A DNA stretch of 61,190 nt, filler included. It is 8 parts of 8 records of this genome, joined end to end, with 100 filler letters (N's around TTAATTAATTAA, not from the genome) between each part and the next. Parts side by side here need not be neighbours in the genome. Positions count along the whole stretch, not along the records: positions 49,870 to 61,190 come from SRR31156797_65226; 7 more parts are not named here. The stretch is one strand, 5' to 3'. The notes beneath the pieces are model-generated. The model saw nothing but the letters and a program-made list of their open reading frames with translations. It was not told the DNA's origin and ran no database searches. A program made the translations under genes and the position numbers. Below, piece by piece: positions 50,614 through 60,193 of the stretch (the first letter of the stretch is position 1; every line of letters begins with the position of its first letter).

Positions 50614-50641
50614 TTTTTCTCCTTGTGTTATTTGTATCGCG

Positions 50642-50676
50642 AAAAAAAAGCTGAACCGAAATATATCGGTTCAGCT
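50642..50676 (-). terminator. Intrinsic terminator between pyrC and pyrE
   Basis: 11-bp stem AGCTGAACCGA/TCGGTTCAGCT followed by a T-run on the minus strand. Confidence 0.7.
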
Positions 50677-50680
50677 GGTA

Positions 50681-51724
50681 TCAATCAACCAAATCCCAAA
50701 ATAAGGGAGTATCGGGTTTGAATATCTTGACGATATCTCCTCCGACTTTAATCTGCCAGTCCATTTCAACGGGGTTTTCTCGTTTGGCCAGAGTAATGGT
50801 GCTGCCATTGGGAGAAAATCCGTAAAATCTGGCACCGTATATAGAAGTAAACCCTTCGAGTTTGTCCAGAGCATTCAGCTCGTCAAACACCTGAGTTACA
50901 TATCCTATAGAAGTGGGGGCATTGAAAATACCCGCCGCAGCTCCGGCCTTTTCTTTGGCTCGGGCCGGATGGGGGGCAGAATCAGTGCCGAGGAAAAATC
51001 TTTCATCACCGGAAACAGCGGCTCTGCGCACAGCATCGCGGTCTTCAAAGGTCTTGGCTACTGGCAGGCAGTACATGTAGGGATTCATGCCGCCTTTGAA
51101 AAGATCATTGCGGGTCAGCAGCAGATGGTGCGGGGTGATGGTGGCGACCATGTTTTCATCCTGTTCAAGCACGTAATCAACCCCGGCCTTGCTGGTCAGG
51201 TGTTCGAATACGATTTTGAGTTCAGGGAAATCTTCGCGTACCGGATCAAGGACCCGTTCGATAAAGACTGCTTCACGGTCAAAGACATCTATTTCCGGGT
51301 CGGTGACTTCGCCGTGCACGGAAAGGGGCATGCCGATTTCCTGCATGGCTTCCAGCACGGGGTAGACTTTCTTGATGTCAGTAACGCCGTTGTCGGAATT
51401 TGTAGTCGCTCCGGCCGGGAAAAGTTTAACCGCATGAAATGCTTTGACTGCATAGGCAGTGTGAATGTCGTCCGCAGAGGTTGCATCAGTCAGGTAACAG
51501 GTCATGAGCGGTTCAAATTGCGAACCTTCAGGGCGGACATCAATGATGCGCTTGCGGTATTCTTCAGCAAGTCTTGCTGTGGTTACCGGAACCGCGAGGT
51601 TGGGCATGATGATAGCCCGTCCATAAATATTTGCACTGGAAGGAAGCACTGCTGCAAGCATATCTCCATCGCGCAGGTGAAGATGCCAATCATCAGGTCG
51701 TATGATGGTTATTTCGTTGTTCAT
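50681..51724 (-). CDS. pyrC: Dihydroorotase, homodimeric type II
   Basis: 'PDDWHLHLRDG', 'IIMPNL', 'KLFPAGATTNS', 'VHGE', 'FEH', 'YCLP', 'LGTDSAPH'. Confidence 0.95.
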   Translation of the reverse strand: MNNEITIIRPDDWHLHLRDGDMLAAVLPSSANIYGRAIIMPNLAVPVTTARLAEEYRKRIIDVRPEGSQFEPLMTCYLTDATSADDIHTAYAVKAFHAVKLFPAGATTNSDNGVTDIKKVYPVLEAMQEIGMPLSVHGEVTDPEIDVFDREAVFIERVLDPVREDFPELKIVFEHLTSKAGVDYVLEQDENMVATITPHHLLLTRNDLFKGGMNPYMYCLPVAKTFEDRDAVRRAAVSGDERFFLGTDSAPHPARAKEKAGAAAGIFNAPTSIGYVTQVFDELNALDKLEGFTSIYGARFYGFSPNGSTITLAKRENPVEMDWQIKVGGDIVKIFKPDTPLFWDLVD

Positions 51725-53055
51725 AAGCTGAACTCCGTGATTGTGCGGTGCAGTACTGAAAGGCCCCGGATGAAGTCTTCCATATCCATTTCCTCTTCCG
51801 GGTTGTGTGAGCCGTTGCGGTTACGCACGAATATCATGCCTGTGGAAACACCCGCGTTGGCGAAGAGCGAGGCATCGTGCCCAGCTCCACTGGGAATAGC
51901 TTCTACAGGTAAGCCTTCCGCAATGCAAGCATTGTTTATACGATCCAGAAGATCTTGATCCAGCACAGCGGGCGGAGTTTTTACCGGCTTGTCGAACTCA
52001 AAATTCACTCTGCGCTCATGAGTAATGGTTGCACACTCCGAGTGGAGCAGTGCTTCAATGGCCGCGAGGGTATGCTCATACTGGCTGCGGGCTTCAAAGC
52101 TGAAAGTCACTTCGCCGGGAATGCGCGACATGGCATGGTGCTGCGGATCGGTACAAAGGATACCACAGGTTGCTACCAGATCGCCACCATGTTGAAGGAT
52201 GGTGGTCCAGTGGTCATCAATTCGGGTAATCAGTTCCGAGGTGGCAAATACCGCATCCTTGCGCAGCCAGCGGGGAACAGCCCCGGAATGCCCAGCTTCA
52301 CCGATGCATTTGATCTTGCGGTGGCGGATATTGCCCCGGATTCCGGTTACAGCAGCAACAGGCAGGTTGCGGGCAATCATAACCGGACCCTGTTCAATGT
52401 GCAGCTCAAGGAAAGCTTTGATCTTTGAGGTGTCAATGAGCATTTCACCTTTGGCAATACGCTCCACATCAGCCCCGCAATCAGTCATATGATCTTTCAA
52501 AGGACGGCTGTCGTCACGCTGGAGCAGTTCCTGTTCGGATTCTTCCAACTTACCGAGCAGGGCCTTGGAGCCGAGGTAACAGGCTCCGAACCACGCGCTT
52601 TCTTCACCGCGCAGGGCGATAACTTTTACCGGAACTTCAGGAGTCTTGCCGCTGCGTTTAATTTCTGCAAGGCAAAGCAGTCCTGCGATTACTCCTGCGG
52701 CACCGTCATAGTTTCCGCCTTGGGGTACGGAATCAAGGTGCGATCCAATGAGGATGTATTCAGAGTCTGCAGGAATTTCTTCCAGCTCGACAACAAGGTT
52801 CGCAGCATTGTCGTGGTAGGTGATCAAACCTTCCTTATGCGCAAATTTTTCAATAAGCTCAAAGGCCCGTGTCTCCGCTTCTCCGTATGAAGGACGGGAT
52901 ACCCCGGCCACATCACGGGAAAGTTCTTCCAGGTCGGCAAAGAGCTTTTCCGCTTCGGCGGTAATATGCTCAAGGGATGCCTGGTTCTGGGGAACCGGAT
53001 GCGGGCTGGTGCTGCTACCTGTTCCACCCATATTGCTGGTCATTGCATTCATCAT
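51721..53055 (-). CDS. M20 Zn-dependent N-carbamoyl-amino-acid amidohydrolase (carbamoylase family)
   Basis: 'GSHLDSVPQGGNYDG', 'EE', 'ELHIEQGP', 'GHSGAVP', 'SGAGHDA', 'SHNPEE'. ATGA overlap with pyrC. Confidence 0.9.
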   Translation of the reverse strand: MMNAMTSNMGGTGSSTSPHPVPQNQASLEHITAEAEKLFADLEELSRDVAGVSRPSYGEAETRAFELIEKFAHKEGLITYHDNAANLVVELEEIPADSEYILIGSHLDSVPQGGNYDGAAGVIAGLLCLAEIKRSGKTPEVPVKVIALRGEESAWFGACYLGSKALLGKLEESEQELLQRDDSRPLKDHMTDCGADVERIAKGEMLIDTSKIKAFLELHIEQGPVMIARNLPVAAVTGIRGNIRHRKIKCIGEAGHSGAVPRWLRKDAVFATSELITRIDDHWTTILQHGGDLVATCGILCTDPQHHAMSRIPGEVTFSFEARSQYEHTLAAIEALLHSECATITHERRVNFEFDKPVKTPPAVLDQDLLDRINNACIAEGLPVEAIPSGAGHDASLFANAGVSTGMIFVRNRNGSHNPEEEMDMEDFIRGLSVLHRTITEFSL

Positions 53056-53069
53056 CTTGGTTCTCCTAT

Positions 53070-54347
53070 TTAGGGAGCAACAAGGCTAGGCAGGAAAGTT
53101 GCCACGCCGGGAACGTAGGTTACCAGAATAAGGACCAGAATGTTAATGAACAGGAACGGCCATACTCCGTTTATGATGGACATGACCGGCTTTTCCAGAG
53201 TGGAGGAAGCCACGAAAATGTCCAGACCAAAGGGCGGGGTGATCATGCCAATGCAGATGTTCAGGCAGACGATTTCGCCGAAATGGATGGGATCGATGCC
53301 CATGGAAAGTGCTACTGGATAAAGAGGTGGCACGAGGATCAGCAAAGCTGAGTTGGGATCAATGAACATTCCGGCAAGGAAAAAGGCCACGTTGACGATC
53401 ATCAGGAAGGTGATCGGTCCGGCCTGAATGTCATTCAGGAAATTTGTGATTAGTACCGGGACTTGAGCCAGCGTTACAAAGTAGGAAAGTACGCTGCCCA
53501 TGGCCAGCAGGATAAAAATGATAGTGGTGGAAATAGCTGCCCGTTCGGTGATGCTGATCAGCCGGGAGAAGGACAGGTTTTTGTATACGAATGCTTCAAT
53601 AAGAATAGCGTAAACAACGGATACCGCAGCCGCTTCAGTGGGGGTGAACAGGCCGGAGTAGATCCCGCCGAGGATAATGATCGGCAGGCCCAGTGCCCAT
53701 GCAGCGGATTTGAAAACAGAGAAGAAGGGAACTGTTGTTTTTTCGCCACGGCCCACGCCTTTGCGCAGGGATTCGAAGATAACCAGTCCGGCAAAGGCCA
53801 GACCAAGGGCCATACCCACCCCGAGACCACCGATGAAAAGTCCGGTGATGGAGGTTCCGGTCATCCAGCCGTAGATGATCAGGGTAATACTGGGTGGAAT
53901 GAGCAGGGCGGTTTCAGCACTGGAAACAATTAGTCCGAGGCTGAATTTCTCGCTGAATCCGGTTTTGCGCAGTTCCGGGTACATGAGTTTGCCCATGGCG
54001 GCAACAGTGGCCGGGGCTGAACCGGATACGGAACCGAAGGCCATGGAACCGAAAATTGTGGTATGTCCGATGCCGCCGAGACGGTGTCCGGTGAAAAATT
54101 TAATCAGGTCGGTGAGACGTTTGGCAATCTGCCCGGAAGCCATGAGCTCTGCAGCAAAAATGAAGAAAGGGATTGCCAGCAAGGTGGAAAAGTTGATTCC
54201 ACCAACCAGTTTCTGGATCAAGACTGGATCGGGAATGCGGGGAAATAGGAAGGTCTTGGTAAGGAATGCGGGTACGCCGAGCACCAGCAGCATTTCAAAA
54301 CCGCAGACGAGCATTAAAAGGGCGATGAGGATAATTACAGGAGTCAT
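53070..54347 (-). CDS. dctM: TRAP large permease
   Basis: 'LLAIPFFI', 'SGSAPAT', 'LIPPSI', 'FTPTEAA', 'ITPPFG'. Confidence 0.93.
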   Translation of the reverse strand: MTPVIILIALLMLVCGFEMLLVLGVPAFLTKTFLFPRIPDPVLIQKLVGGINFSTLLAIPFFIFAAELMASGQIAKRLTDLIKFFTGHRLGGIGHTTIFGSMAFGSVSGSAPATVAAMGKLMYPELRKTGFSEKFSLGLIVSSAETALLIPPSITLIIYGWMTGTSITGLFIGGLGVGMALGLAFAGLVIFESLRKGVGRGEKTTVPFFSVFKSAAWALGLPIIILGGIYSGLFTPTEAAAVSVVYAILIEAFVYKNLSFSRLISITERAAISTTIIFILLAMGSVLSYFVTLAQVPVLITNFLNDIQAGPITFLMIVNVAFFLAGMFIDPNSALLILVPPLYPVALSMGIDPIHFGEIVCLNICIGMITPPFGLDIFVASSTLEKPVMSIINGVWPFLFINILVLILVTYVPGVATFLPSLVAP

Positions 54348-54362
54348 GTTCAGCTACCTTTA

Positions 54363-54881
54363 TTACTTGGTCAGGGTGGTGATGGGCCGGGTGTGGCGGT
54401 CGTTGATACTTAGTAGTTCGAGCAGATAGCGCAGGGCCAGCAGTCCGAATCCGATAGTGGGCGCAATATAGAGCCAGTACATGGGCAGACCCAAGGTGGG
54501 GCTGAGCTGTCCGGTGCGCATGACAAATTTAACGAGGGCGATACCCAGCCAGACCAGATAGCAACTGAAGACAGTTCCGGTCAGGTTGATCAGAATGCCG
54601 ACCGCCTTGCGGGGTAAGTCTGGCATTTTTTCGAAAAGTGTAGTTACGGCTACCTGACGGCCCCGTTCAAGGGCAAGGCCGAGGGCGAGGAATACTGCCC
54701 AGACCATGAGCAACCGTGTGGCTTCATCAATCCATGCGAAAGTGCTGGCGTATTGGGGCATGATTTCCCTGACCAGAACATTGAAAGTGTAAAGGCCGAC
54801 CATGATCAGGTTTATGGAAATGATCAGTACCCTTTCGATTATCCGTATCCCGTTTAGCAGGGAACCTAGCAACTTACGCAT
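54363..54881 (-). CDS. dctQ: TRAP small permease
   Basis: 4 TM, 'WIDEATRLLMVW', 'SPTLGLPMYWLY'. Confidence 0.9.
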   Translation of the reverse strand: MRKLLGSLLNGIRIIERVLIISINLIMVGLYTFNVLVREIMPQYASTFAWIDEATRLLMVWAVFLALGLALERGRQVAVTTLFEKMPDLPRKAVGILINLTGTVFSCYLVWLGIALVKFVMRTGQLSPTLGLPMYWLYIAPTIGFGLLALRYLLELLSINDRHTRPITTLTK

Positions 54882-54975
54882 TTGAAAACTCCAGGTGTAA
54901 CTACCTAAAAATAAACTCGTGTCTGTTTTTTAAGTAAATTTCTCACCAAATATTAAACTCTTGAATGTACTCAAT

Positions 54976-55005
54976 AAAAGGCAGGAGAGGGTGACCTCTC
55001 CTGCC
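54976..55005 (-). terminator. Hairpin/partial terminator after dctP
   Basis: 11-bp stem GGCAGGAGAGG/CCTCTCCTGCC followed by TTTTA on the minus strand. Confidence 0.65.
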
Positions 55006-55021
55006 GCAAGTGAACTTTTAA

Positions 55022-56041
55022 CTATTCTACAATACGCGCGTATTCTTCTTCGTAAAGCTTGATCAGCTTTTTACCTTCAGCACCTGCGCGGGCAAGGTAA
55101 GCCGCTGTGGTTCTGGGGTACATGAGTTTACGCATTGCTGCGCGATCAGCAGCCTGCAGGGGAGAAACTTTTACGCCTGCTTTTTTGATAACTTCAAGAG
55201 CATCTTTCTGAGCCTGCTCTTTGTGTGCTTCAACACTGGGCATTACTTCGATGAAAGTATCCACGATGATCTTCTGGTATTTTTCAGGAAGGGATTCCCA
55301 GTAGGAGGGGTTGAAGAGAACATAGTCTTCCATTGCACCGTGCTCGGAAGTTACGAGGTATTTCTGTACTTCGTAGAACTTCATGCGCTGGATGGTGTCG
55401 AGGGGGTTTTCCTCGCCGTCTACAACACCGTTCTGGAGTGCTGTGTAAAGTTCACCGAAAGGCAGGGCGATTGCAGAAGCGCCGATAGCTGCAAACTGTT
55501 CGATGAGAATCTTGGAATCCATTACGCGGAAGGACTGGCCTTTGTAGTCCGCGATGGTGGAGATGGGCTTATTGGAGGTGAAGTTCTTACGACCGTTGGG
55601 CCAGGTTGCGATTGCTTTAAAGCCTCTGGAATCAAAGGATTTGAGCAGTGCTTTACCGAATTTGCCCTGACGCAGTTCCTGTGCTTTTGCGCGGTCAACA
55701 GGAAGCAGGAAGGGGATATCCATGATGGAAACCGCAGGGTTGAATCCGCCGAGGAAAGCTGCGGCAGAAACAGTACCTTCGATGGTTCCGAACTGTACGC
55801 CTTCGTTCATCTGACGCTGGTTGCCGAGCTGGGAAGAAGGGAAAATTTTGAATTCAACTTCGCCGTTGGTGCGCTCTTTAACGAGCTTGGCGACTTTTTC
55901 CAGACCCTGATGACGGGGCTGCAGAGGGGATTCAAGGTGACCGATGCGAGCTTCGTATTTGGCTGCATTGGCGGAAATGACTCCACCCATTACCATGCAC
56001 AAAGCCAGAGCTACTGTAACAATTCGTCCGAAAAATTTCAT
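55022..56041 (-). CDS. dctP: TRAP substrate-binding protein
   Basis: Signal peptide from 'MKFFGRIV', 'FPSSQLG', 'FRVM', 'FGELYTALQNGVVDGEENP'. Confidence 0.93.
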   Translation of the reverse strand: MKFFGRIVTVALALCMVMGGVISANAAKYEARIGHLESPLQPRHQGLEKVAKLVKERTNGEVEFKIFPSSQLGNQRQMNEGVQFGTIEGTVSAAAFLGGFNPAVSIMDIPFLLPVDRAKAQELRQGKFGKALLKSFDSRGFKAIATWPNGRKNFTSNKPISTIADYKGQSFRVMDSKILIEQFAAIGASAIALPFGELYTALQNGVVDGEENPLDTIQRMKFYEVQKYLVTSEHGAMEDYVLFNPSYWESLPEKYQKIIVDTFIEVMPSVEAHKEQAQKDALEVIKKAGVKVSPLQAADRAAMRKLMYPRTTAAYLARAGAEGKKLIKLYEEEYARIVE

Positions 56042-56259
56042 TCTGGAAGCCTCCTGAAAGTGTGTGCGTGAAACTGGCAAGCAGTATCACATGATCAAGT
56101 CGAATCGAAATCAATGATTTCGATAGGTTCCCGGCTGGCAGCCGAGCTTTGATTGCAAATTTAACAGCTAGCAAGGTGAATTAAAAGGAAATTCTTCTTA
56201 GCTCGCAGTTGTGATTTGATTTAATGGATTTGAATCAAAAAAAAGATTTTTGTCAAGAT

Positions 56260-56309
56260 AAATCTCATTTTTGAAACAATTCAAAAAAATGTTCACAAAA
56301 ATGAGATTT
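56260..56309. promoter_or_regulatory. Candidate operator: 14-bp perfect inverted repeat
   Basis: AAATCTCATTTTTG-N22-CAAAAATGAGATTT lies between divergent dctP and the XRE regulator. Confidence 0.6.
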
Positions 56310-56416
56310 TGAGTCACAATTGATAACGATAATGGCAAAAGAGACTGTCTGTTAATGAAATTCTACATATAAGATTGGTTGGACAGTGGAATTTAAGCTT
56401 TTATGGAGACTGGCGA

Positions 56417-57301
56417 ATGAATGAACTTAGTCCCAAGGAAATAGGTCTGCGATTAAAGGCTTTCAGGCTGGGTAGTAAATACAGCACCGAGGAAATAGCT
56501 GCTAAGATTGGTATTTCCCGGGCCGCTTTGTACCGATATGAAAAGGGTGATCCGCCTAAGCTGGAAACTCTTGAATCCATAGCCGACTTGCTTGGAGTTT
56601 CGCTTCCGTCATTGATGGGAGTCGGTGTAGAGTATATTTCTTCAGCTATCAGTTTTTTCGAGCGCATGCGCCAGAACGAAGCTGAATCAGAGCAGCTTGC
56701 GGTGATGTTCGGGCTGGTTTCCTATTTGTTGACCACAGATGAATTTGACGAATATCTCGAAATTTCCATTAAAGAAGGCTTGCCGGAAGAATTGCAGGAT
56801 GATCCTGACATATTGAACCATGTTTCTGAAATTTTATCTGTGTTGCGGGAGCGCAAAAAAGGGTATTATCAGCGTAGGCCGAGCATGGTTAACCTCGCCT
56901 CCGCCACTAATCTTGAGCAGTTCTTGCGTAGTGGTTTTGTGGGGACTTTTGATCTGCCCGAAGATGAATTGCAGAAACGTCGTGAGGTAGCGCGGCGCGA
57001 GGTGGAGAATGTAATCAATCTGCTTGAAGAGCAGCCTATCGGTGTACAGATCGGTTTGCTTATTGATTCTGTTCCCAGCACTCATTTTCAGATCTTTCGC
57101 CAGTCCGAACGTTCTACTCTTTGTTTGAGTCCGTATAAATTATGTCATTTTCCTAATGTACGGCTAGGTGTGGGCATGTTAACATCGGCACCTGAAGCGC
57201 TTGAGCTGCACCAGCAGATGATTAGCGAACTTTGGGGGCCTGCGCTCAAAGGGCGTAGGGCCGCGGATTATCTGCGTAAAATGATAGAAGATTGTAAATA
57301 A
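56417..57301 (+). CDS. XRE-family HTH regulator with unassigned C-terminal domain
   Basis: 'IGLRLKAFR...EEIAAKIGISRAALYRYEKG'. Divergent from the TRAP operon. Confidence 0.85.
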   Translation: MNELSPKEIGLRLKAFRLGSKYSTEEIAAKIGISRAALYRYEKGDPPKLETLESIADLLGVSLPSLMGVGVEYISSAISFFERMRQNEAESEQLAVMFGLVSYLLTTDEFDEYLEISIKEGLPEELQDDPDILNHVSEILSVLRERKKGYYQRRPSMVNLASATNLEQFLRSGFVGTFDLPEDELQKRREVARREVENVINLLEEQPIGVQIGLLIDSVPSTHFQIFRQSERSTLCLSPYKLCHFPNVRLGVGMLTSAPEALELHQQMISELWGPALKGRRAADYLRKMIEDCK

Positions 57302-57303
57302 AA

Positions 57304-57333
57304 ACGGGTCCCGCACAATTGTGCAGAACCCGT
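57304..57333. terminator. Hairpin between convergent genes
   Basis: Imperfect stem ACGGGT..GCACAATTGTGC..ACCCGT immediately after the XRE stop. Confidence 0.5.
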
Positions 57334-57362
57334 AGTATAATTTAATAAAAGTTTTTGGGATT

Positions 57363-59339
57363 TTACAATAAACTTAAATCCCAGTTGAAATTACTGGTGC
57401 GGTGCGGCTCGGGCACAGCGCGGGGCCACGGTTCCTGAATATCGAGGAACATGGTGTAACCGGAATTCTCCAGCACTTTGCGTTCCGCACCGAAATCAAG
57501 CGGCCAGCCGGGATAGATCCAGTAGGTCTGTCCATATTTTCTGGCCCAGCAAATTTCTTTTTTCTGGCTGTAAATGGGACTCATTAATTCCGTTTCATCA
57601 GCTATGATTCTTGAAAGGGCCAGCGGCCACATGCCGGTAAGCACTACTCCCAGCGGAAGCGGGCTGTTTTGCGGCAGGGCGAGGAAGTCATCGCGGGCCA
57701 GTTCCGGGCTGACGTAAGCGGATGAAAATCCCATGTCTGCCAGCATTTCGATGGTCAGCGGGTTGGATACGTTGCAGAACGGTCCGGCATGAAAACGGAC
57801 TTTGGCATTTTTAGGGAAAAACCCCTTCTGCCACGGCGCGTTGAGCACGAAGTCGCGTCCTCCGCCGCTGAGGCAGATATCGATAATTTTCTGGATCTCT
57901 TTTTCTTCGTCAGGCCAGACCACCGGGGGCAGATGCCACCAGATCTTGGAAACAGCCGGACGCGGGGTACGCTTAAGGGCGTTCATGGAAAGCCAGACAT
58001 TGGTGCCGAATTTTGTTTTTCCCTTGGGCGGATTGCGCTGCAGAGTATGGCGTGCGGTCCGTTCCGGCATCGGGCACGGCTGCGGCAGATCGATAATCAT
58101 TTCGCTGGCTACGTTGTCTGCAACTTTGATCTTTGAAAGTCTGGAATCAAGTTTTTTGAGTGCCTTGGTCAGACCTTCCTCGCGGCGATCAATGAGAAAC
58201 ACGCGGGTGCCGGATTTCAAACGGGTTTTGCCTTTGACCGGAATGGATACCTTGCCCCGTTTGGGGACGAATTTGCGGATCTTCATGGTCTGGTGTCCGG
58301 GCTGGTCCTGATAACCGATACGCAGGAAGTCTCCGGCAAGGAGTTCCTGTCTACAGTTAAAGTAGGGCTTGCCGTTTTTCTCCTGCTTGGTGATACCAAT
58401 CAAGAATCCGGAACCGGTCTCGTTGGACGGATCAAGCGGCGTAAACGGACGCTGCGGCAGAAATACGGAGTGAGAAGACGGTCTGCCTAGTGCCAGCTCA
58501 AGCAGCTCCACGGCATCTTTTTTGACCTTGGGGTCATTGGGATTGTCGCGCAGCATTTTGTAAGCTGCTACTGTGTAGTAGACGTAGTGGGGACCCTTTT
58601 TACGGCCTTCGATTTTCCATGAGCTGACTTTTGGAATGGCTAGGGTCGGCTTGGTCAGCACGTCAAGGCTGAGGTCGAGGCAGGAGAAAAGGCGTTTGGG
58701 TGCATCCTTACGTTTAGCGCCGCCGTAAAGTCTGCGGCAGGGCTGTACGCAACGTCCACGCAGGCTGCTCTTGCCGCCGAAAAAGGAGCTCCAGTAGCAG
58801 CGGCCGGAAACGGAATAACAGAGCGCGCCGTGCACGAACATCTCAAGGGTCATGGAATCAGGGCAGGCATCAGCCATCATTCTGATTTCATCCAGGTTCA
58901 GCTCGCGGGGTACAACCACGCGGTCAACACCCAGCTCTTCCGCAGTCTTGAGGGCTGCTGGGTGGCTGAGGTTAGCGAGGGTGGAAAGATGGAGTTCACC
59001 TTCAAATCCGGCCTGACGGGCGATCTCGACCATGGCAATGTCCTGAATGATCAGGGCATCCGGTTTGACCGTACGGGATATGCGCTCTACAAGGCGTGCT
59101 GCAGAGTTGATATCATCCGGTTTGATGAGGGTGTTCATGGGGATGTGGGTGCGAACCCCGTTCTCCCGGCCCAGCTCGGCAAGGGCTGCAAGCTCACTAG
59201 TAGCGAAATTATAAGCTTCCATGCGAGCTGAAAAATGTTTAAGTCCGGCATATACGGCGTCCGCACCTGCGGCTATGGCTGCAAGGAATGAGGTTTTATC
59301 GCCTGCCGGAGCAAGAATTTCTGGTTTATGTTCATTCAT
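57363..59339 (-). CDS. Peptidase U32-family protein (long form; probable RNA hydroxylase, RlhA-like)
   Basis: 'PEILAPAG', 'GADAVYAG', 'FVHGALCYSVSGRC...RGRCVQPCR', 'KIEGR'. Confidence 0.88.
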   Translation of the reverse strand: MNEHKPEILAPAGDKTSFLAAIAAGADAVYAGLKHFSARMEAYNFATSELAALAELGRENGVRTHIPMNTLIKPDDINSAARLVERISRTVKPDALIIQDIAMVEIARQAGFEGELHLSTLANLSHPAALKTAEELGVDRVVVPRELNLDEIRMMADACPDSMTLEMFVHGALCYSVSGRCYWSSFFGGKSSLRGRCVQPCRRLYGGAKRKDAPKRLFSCLDLSLDVLTKPTLAIPKVSSWKIEGRKKGPHYVYYTVAAYKMLRDNPNDPKVKKDAVELLELALGRPSSHSVFLPQRPFTPLDPSNETGSGFLIGITKQEKNGKPYFNCRQELLAGDFLRIGYQDQPGHQTMKIRKFVPKRGKVSIPVKGKTRLKSGTRVFLIDRREEGLTKALKKLDSRLSKIKVADNVASEMIIDLPQPCPMPERTARHTLQRNPPKGKTKFGTNVWLSMNALKRTPRPAVSKIWWHLPPVVWPDEEKEIQKIIDICLSGGGRDFVLNAPWQKGFFPKNAKVRFHAGPFCNVSNPLTIEMLADMGFSSAYVSPELARDDFLALPQNSPLPLGVVLTGMWPLALSRIIADETELMSPIYSQKKEICWARKYGQTYWIYPGWPLDFGAERKVLENSGYTMFLDIQEPWPRAVPEPHRTSNFNWDLSLL

Positions 59340-59395
59340 AATGTATCACGCTTACGCCGCAAAGTGCGGTCAGCAAAAATCTACAGGATTAAATC

Positions 59396-60190
59396 ATGAG
59401 TGCAAACAATTGCAGGGCTGTTAAAGTCATCAGCAACAAGCCCCTCGGATTATCCTCACCCGGTGAGGAAATAGTCGAACTCAAACTCGAATATCCGGAC
59501 TGGAAGCCGGGTTGGCGGGCCGGACAGTTCGTCATGATCAGGCCCGTTTCATGGCCTTTGGACCTCGTTTGGGGACGTCCTTTTTCTATTTGTAACGCAG
59601 ATGAGACCAGTCTGACCATCCTTTTTCAGGTGGTCGGTCGTGGAACTGCACGTCTGCTGGAACTCAAAGAGGGCGATGAAGTGAATATCTGGGGACCGCT
59701 GGGCAACTTTTTCAGCAAACCGCAGAATCGCCCCGTACTCATGCTCGCCGGAGGGATGGGTTTAGCCCCCTTTTGCGGATATGTCGATACCCATCCGCAG
59801 CCCGAAAACCTGAAATTGTTCTTCGCGCACCGTCCGCCGCTGGAAAATTACCCTTATAAAGCTTTGGCGGGCAAGGTTGATGTGGAAGATATCCGTGAAA
59901 CCAAGCCCACAGACATTCCAACCATTATCGCAAGGGTGGAAGAGCTGGTTAAGGAATATGCGGAAAAGGACGGCCTTATCGTGGCCTGTGGACCTCATCC
60001 GTTCCTGAAAACCATCTGGAACGCTGCCAACAAATACGGTGCAGATGCGGAGCTTTCCCTTGAAAACCGTATGGCTTGCGGTGTAGGTGCCTGTCTGGGC
60101 TGTGTCTGCAAGGACGGCGACGACCATCATACTCAGGTCTGTACCACCGGTCCTGTTTTCAAAGCCAATAATCTCAGTCTGGAGGATTAA
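59396..60190 (+). CDS. pyrK: Dihydroorotate dehydrogenase electron-transfer subunit
   Basis: 'GQFVMI', 'RPFSI', 'GPLGN', 'AGGMG', 'CGP', 'MACGVGACLGC...C..GPVF'. Confidence 0.92.
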   Translation: MSANNCRAVKVISNKPLGLSSPGEEIVELKLEYPDWKPGWRAGQFVMIRPVSWPLDLVWGRPFSICNADETSLTILFQVVGRGTARLLELKEGDEVNIWGPLGNFFSKPQNRPVLMLAGGMGLAPFCGYVDTHPQPENLKLFFAHRPPLENYPYKALAGKVDVEDIRETKPTDIPTIIARVEELVKEYAEKDGLIVACGPHPFLKTIWNAANKYGADAELSLENRMACGVGACLGCVCKDGDDHHTQVCTTGPVFKANNLSLED

Positions 60191-60193
60191 GAA

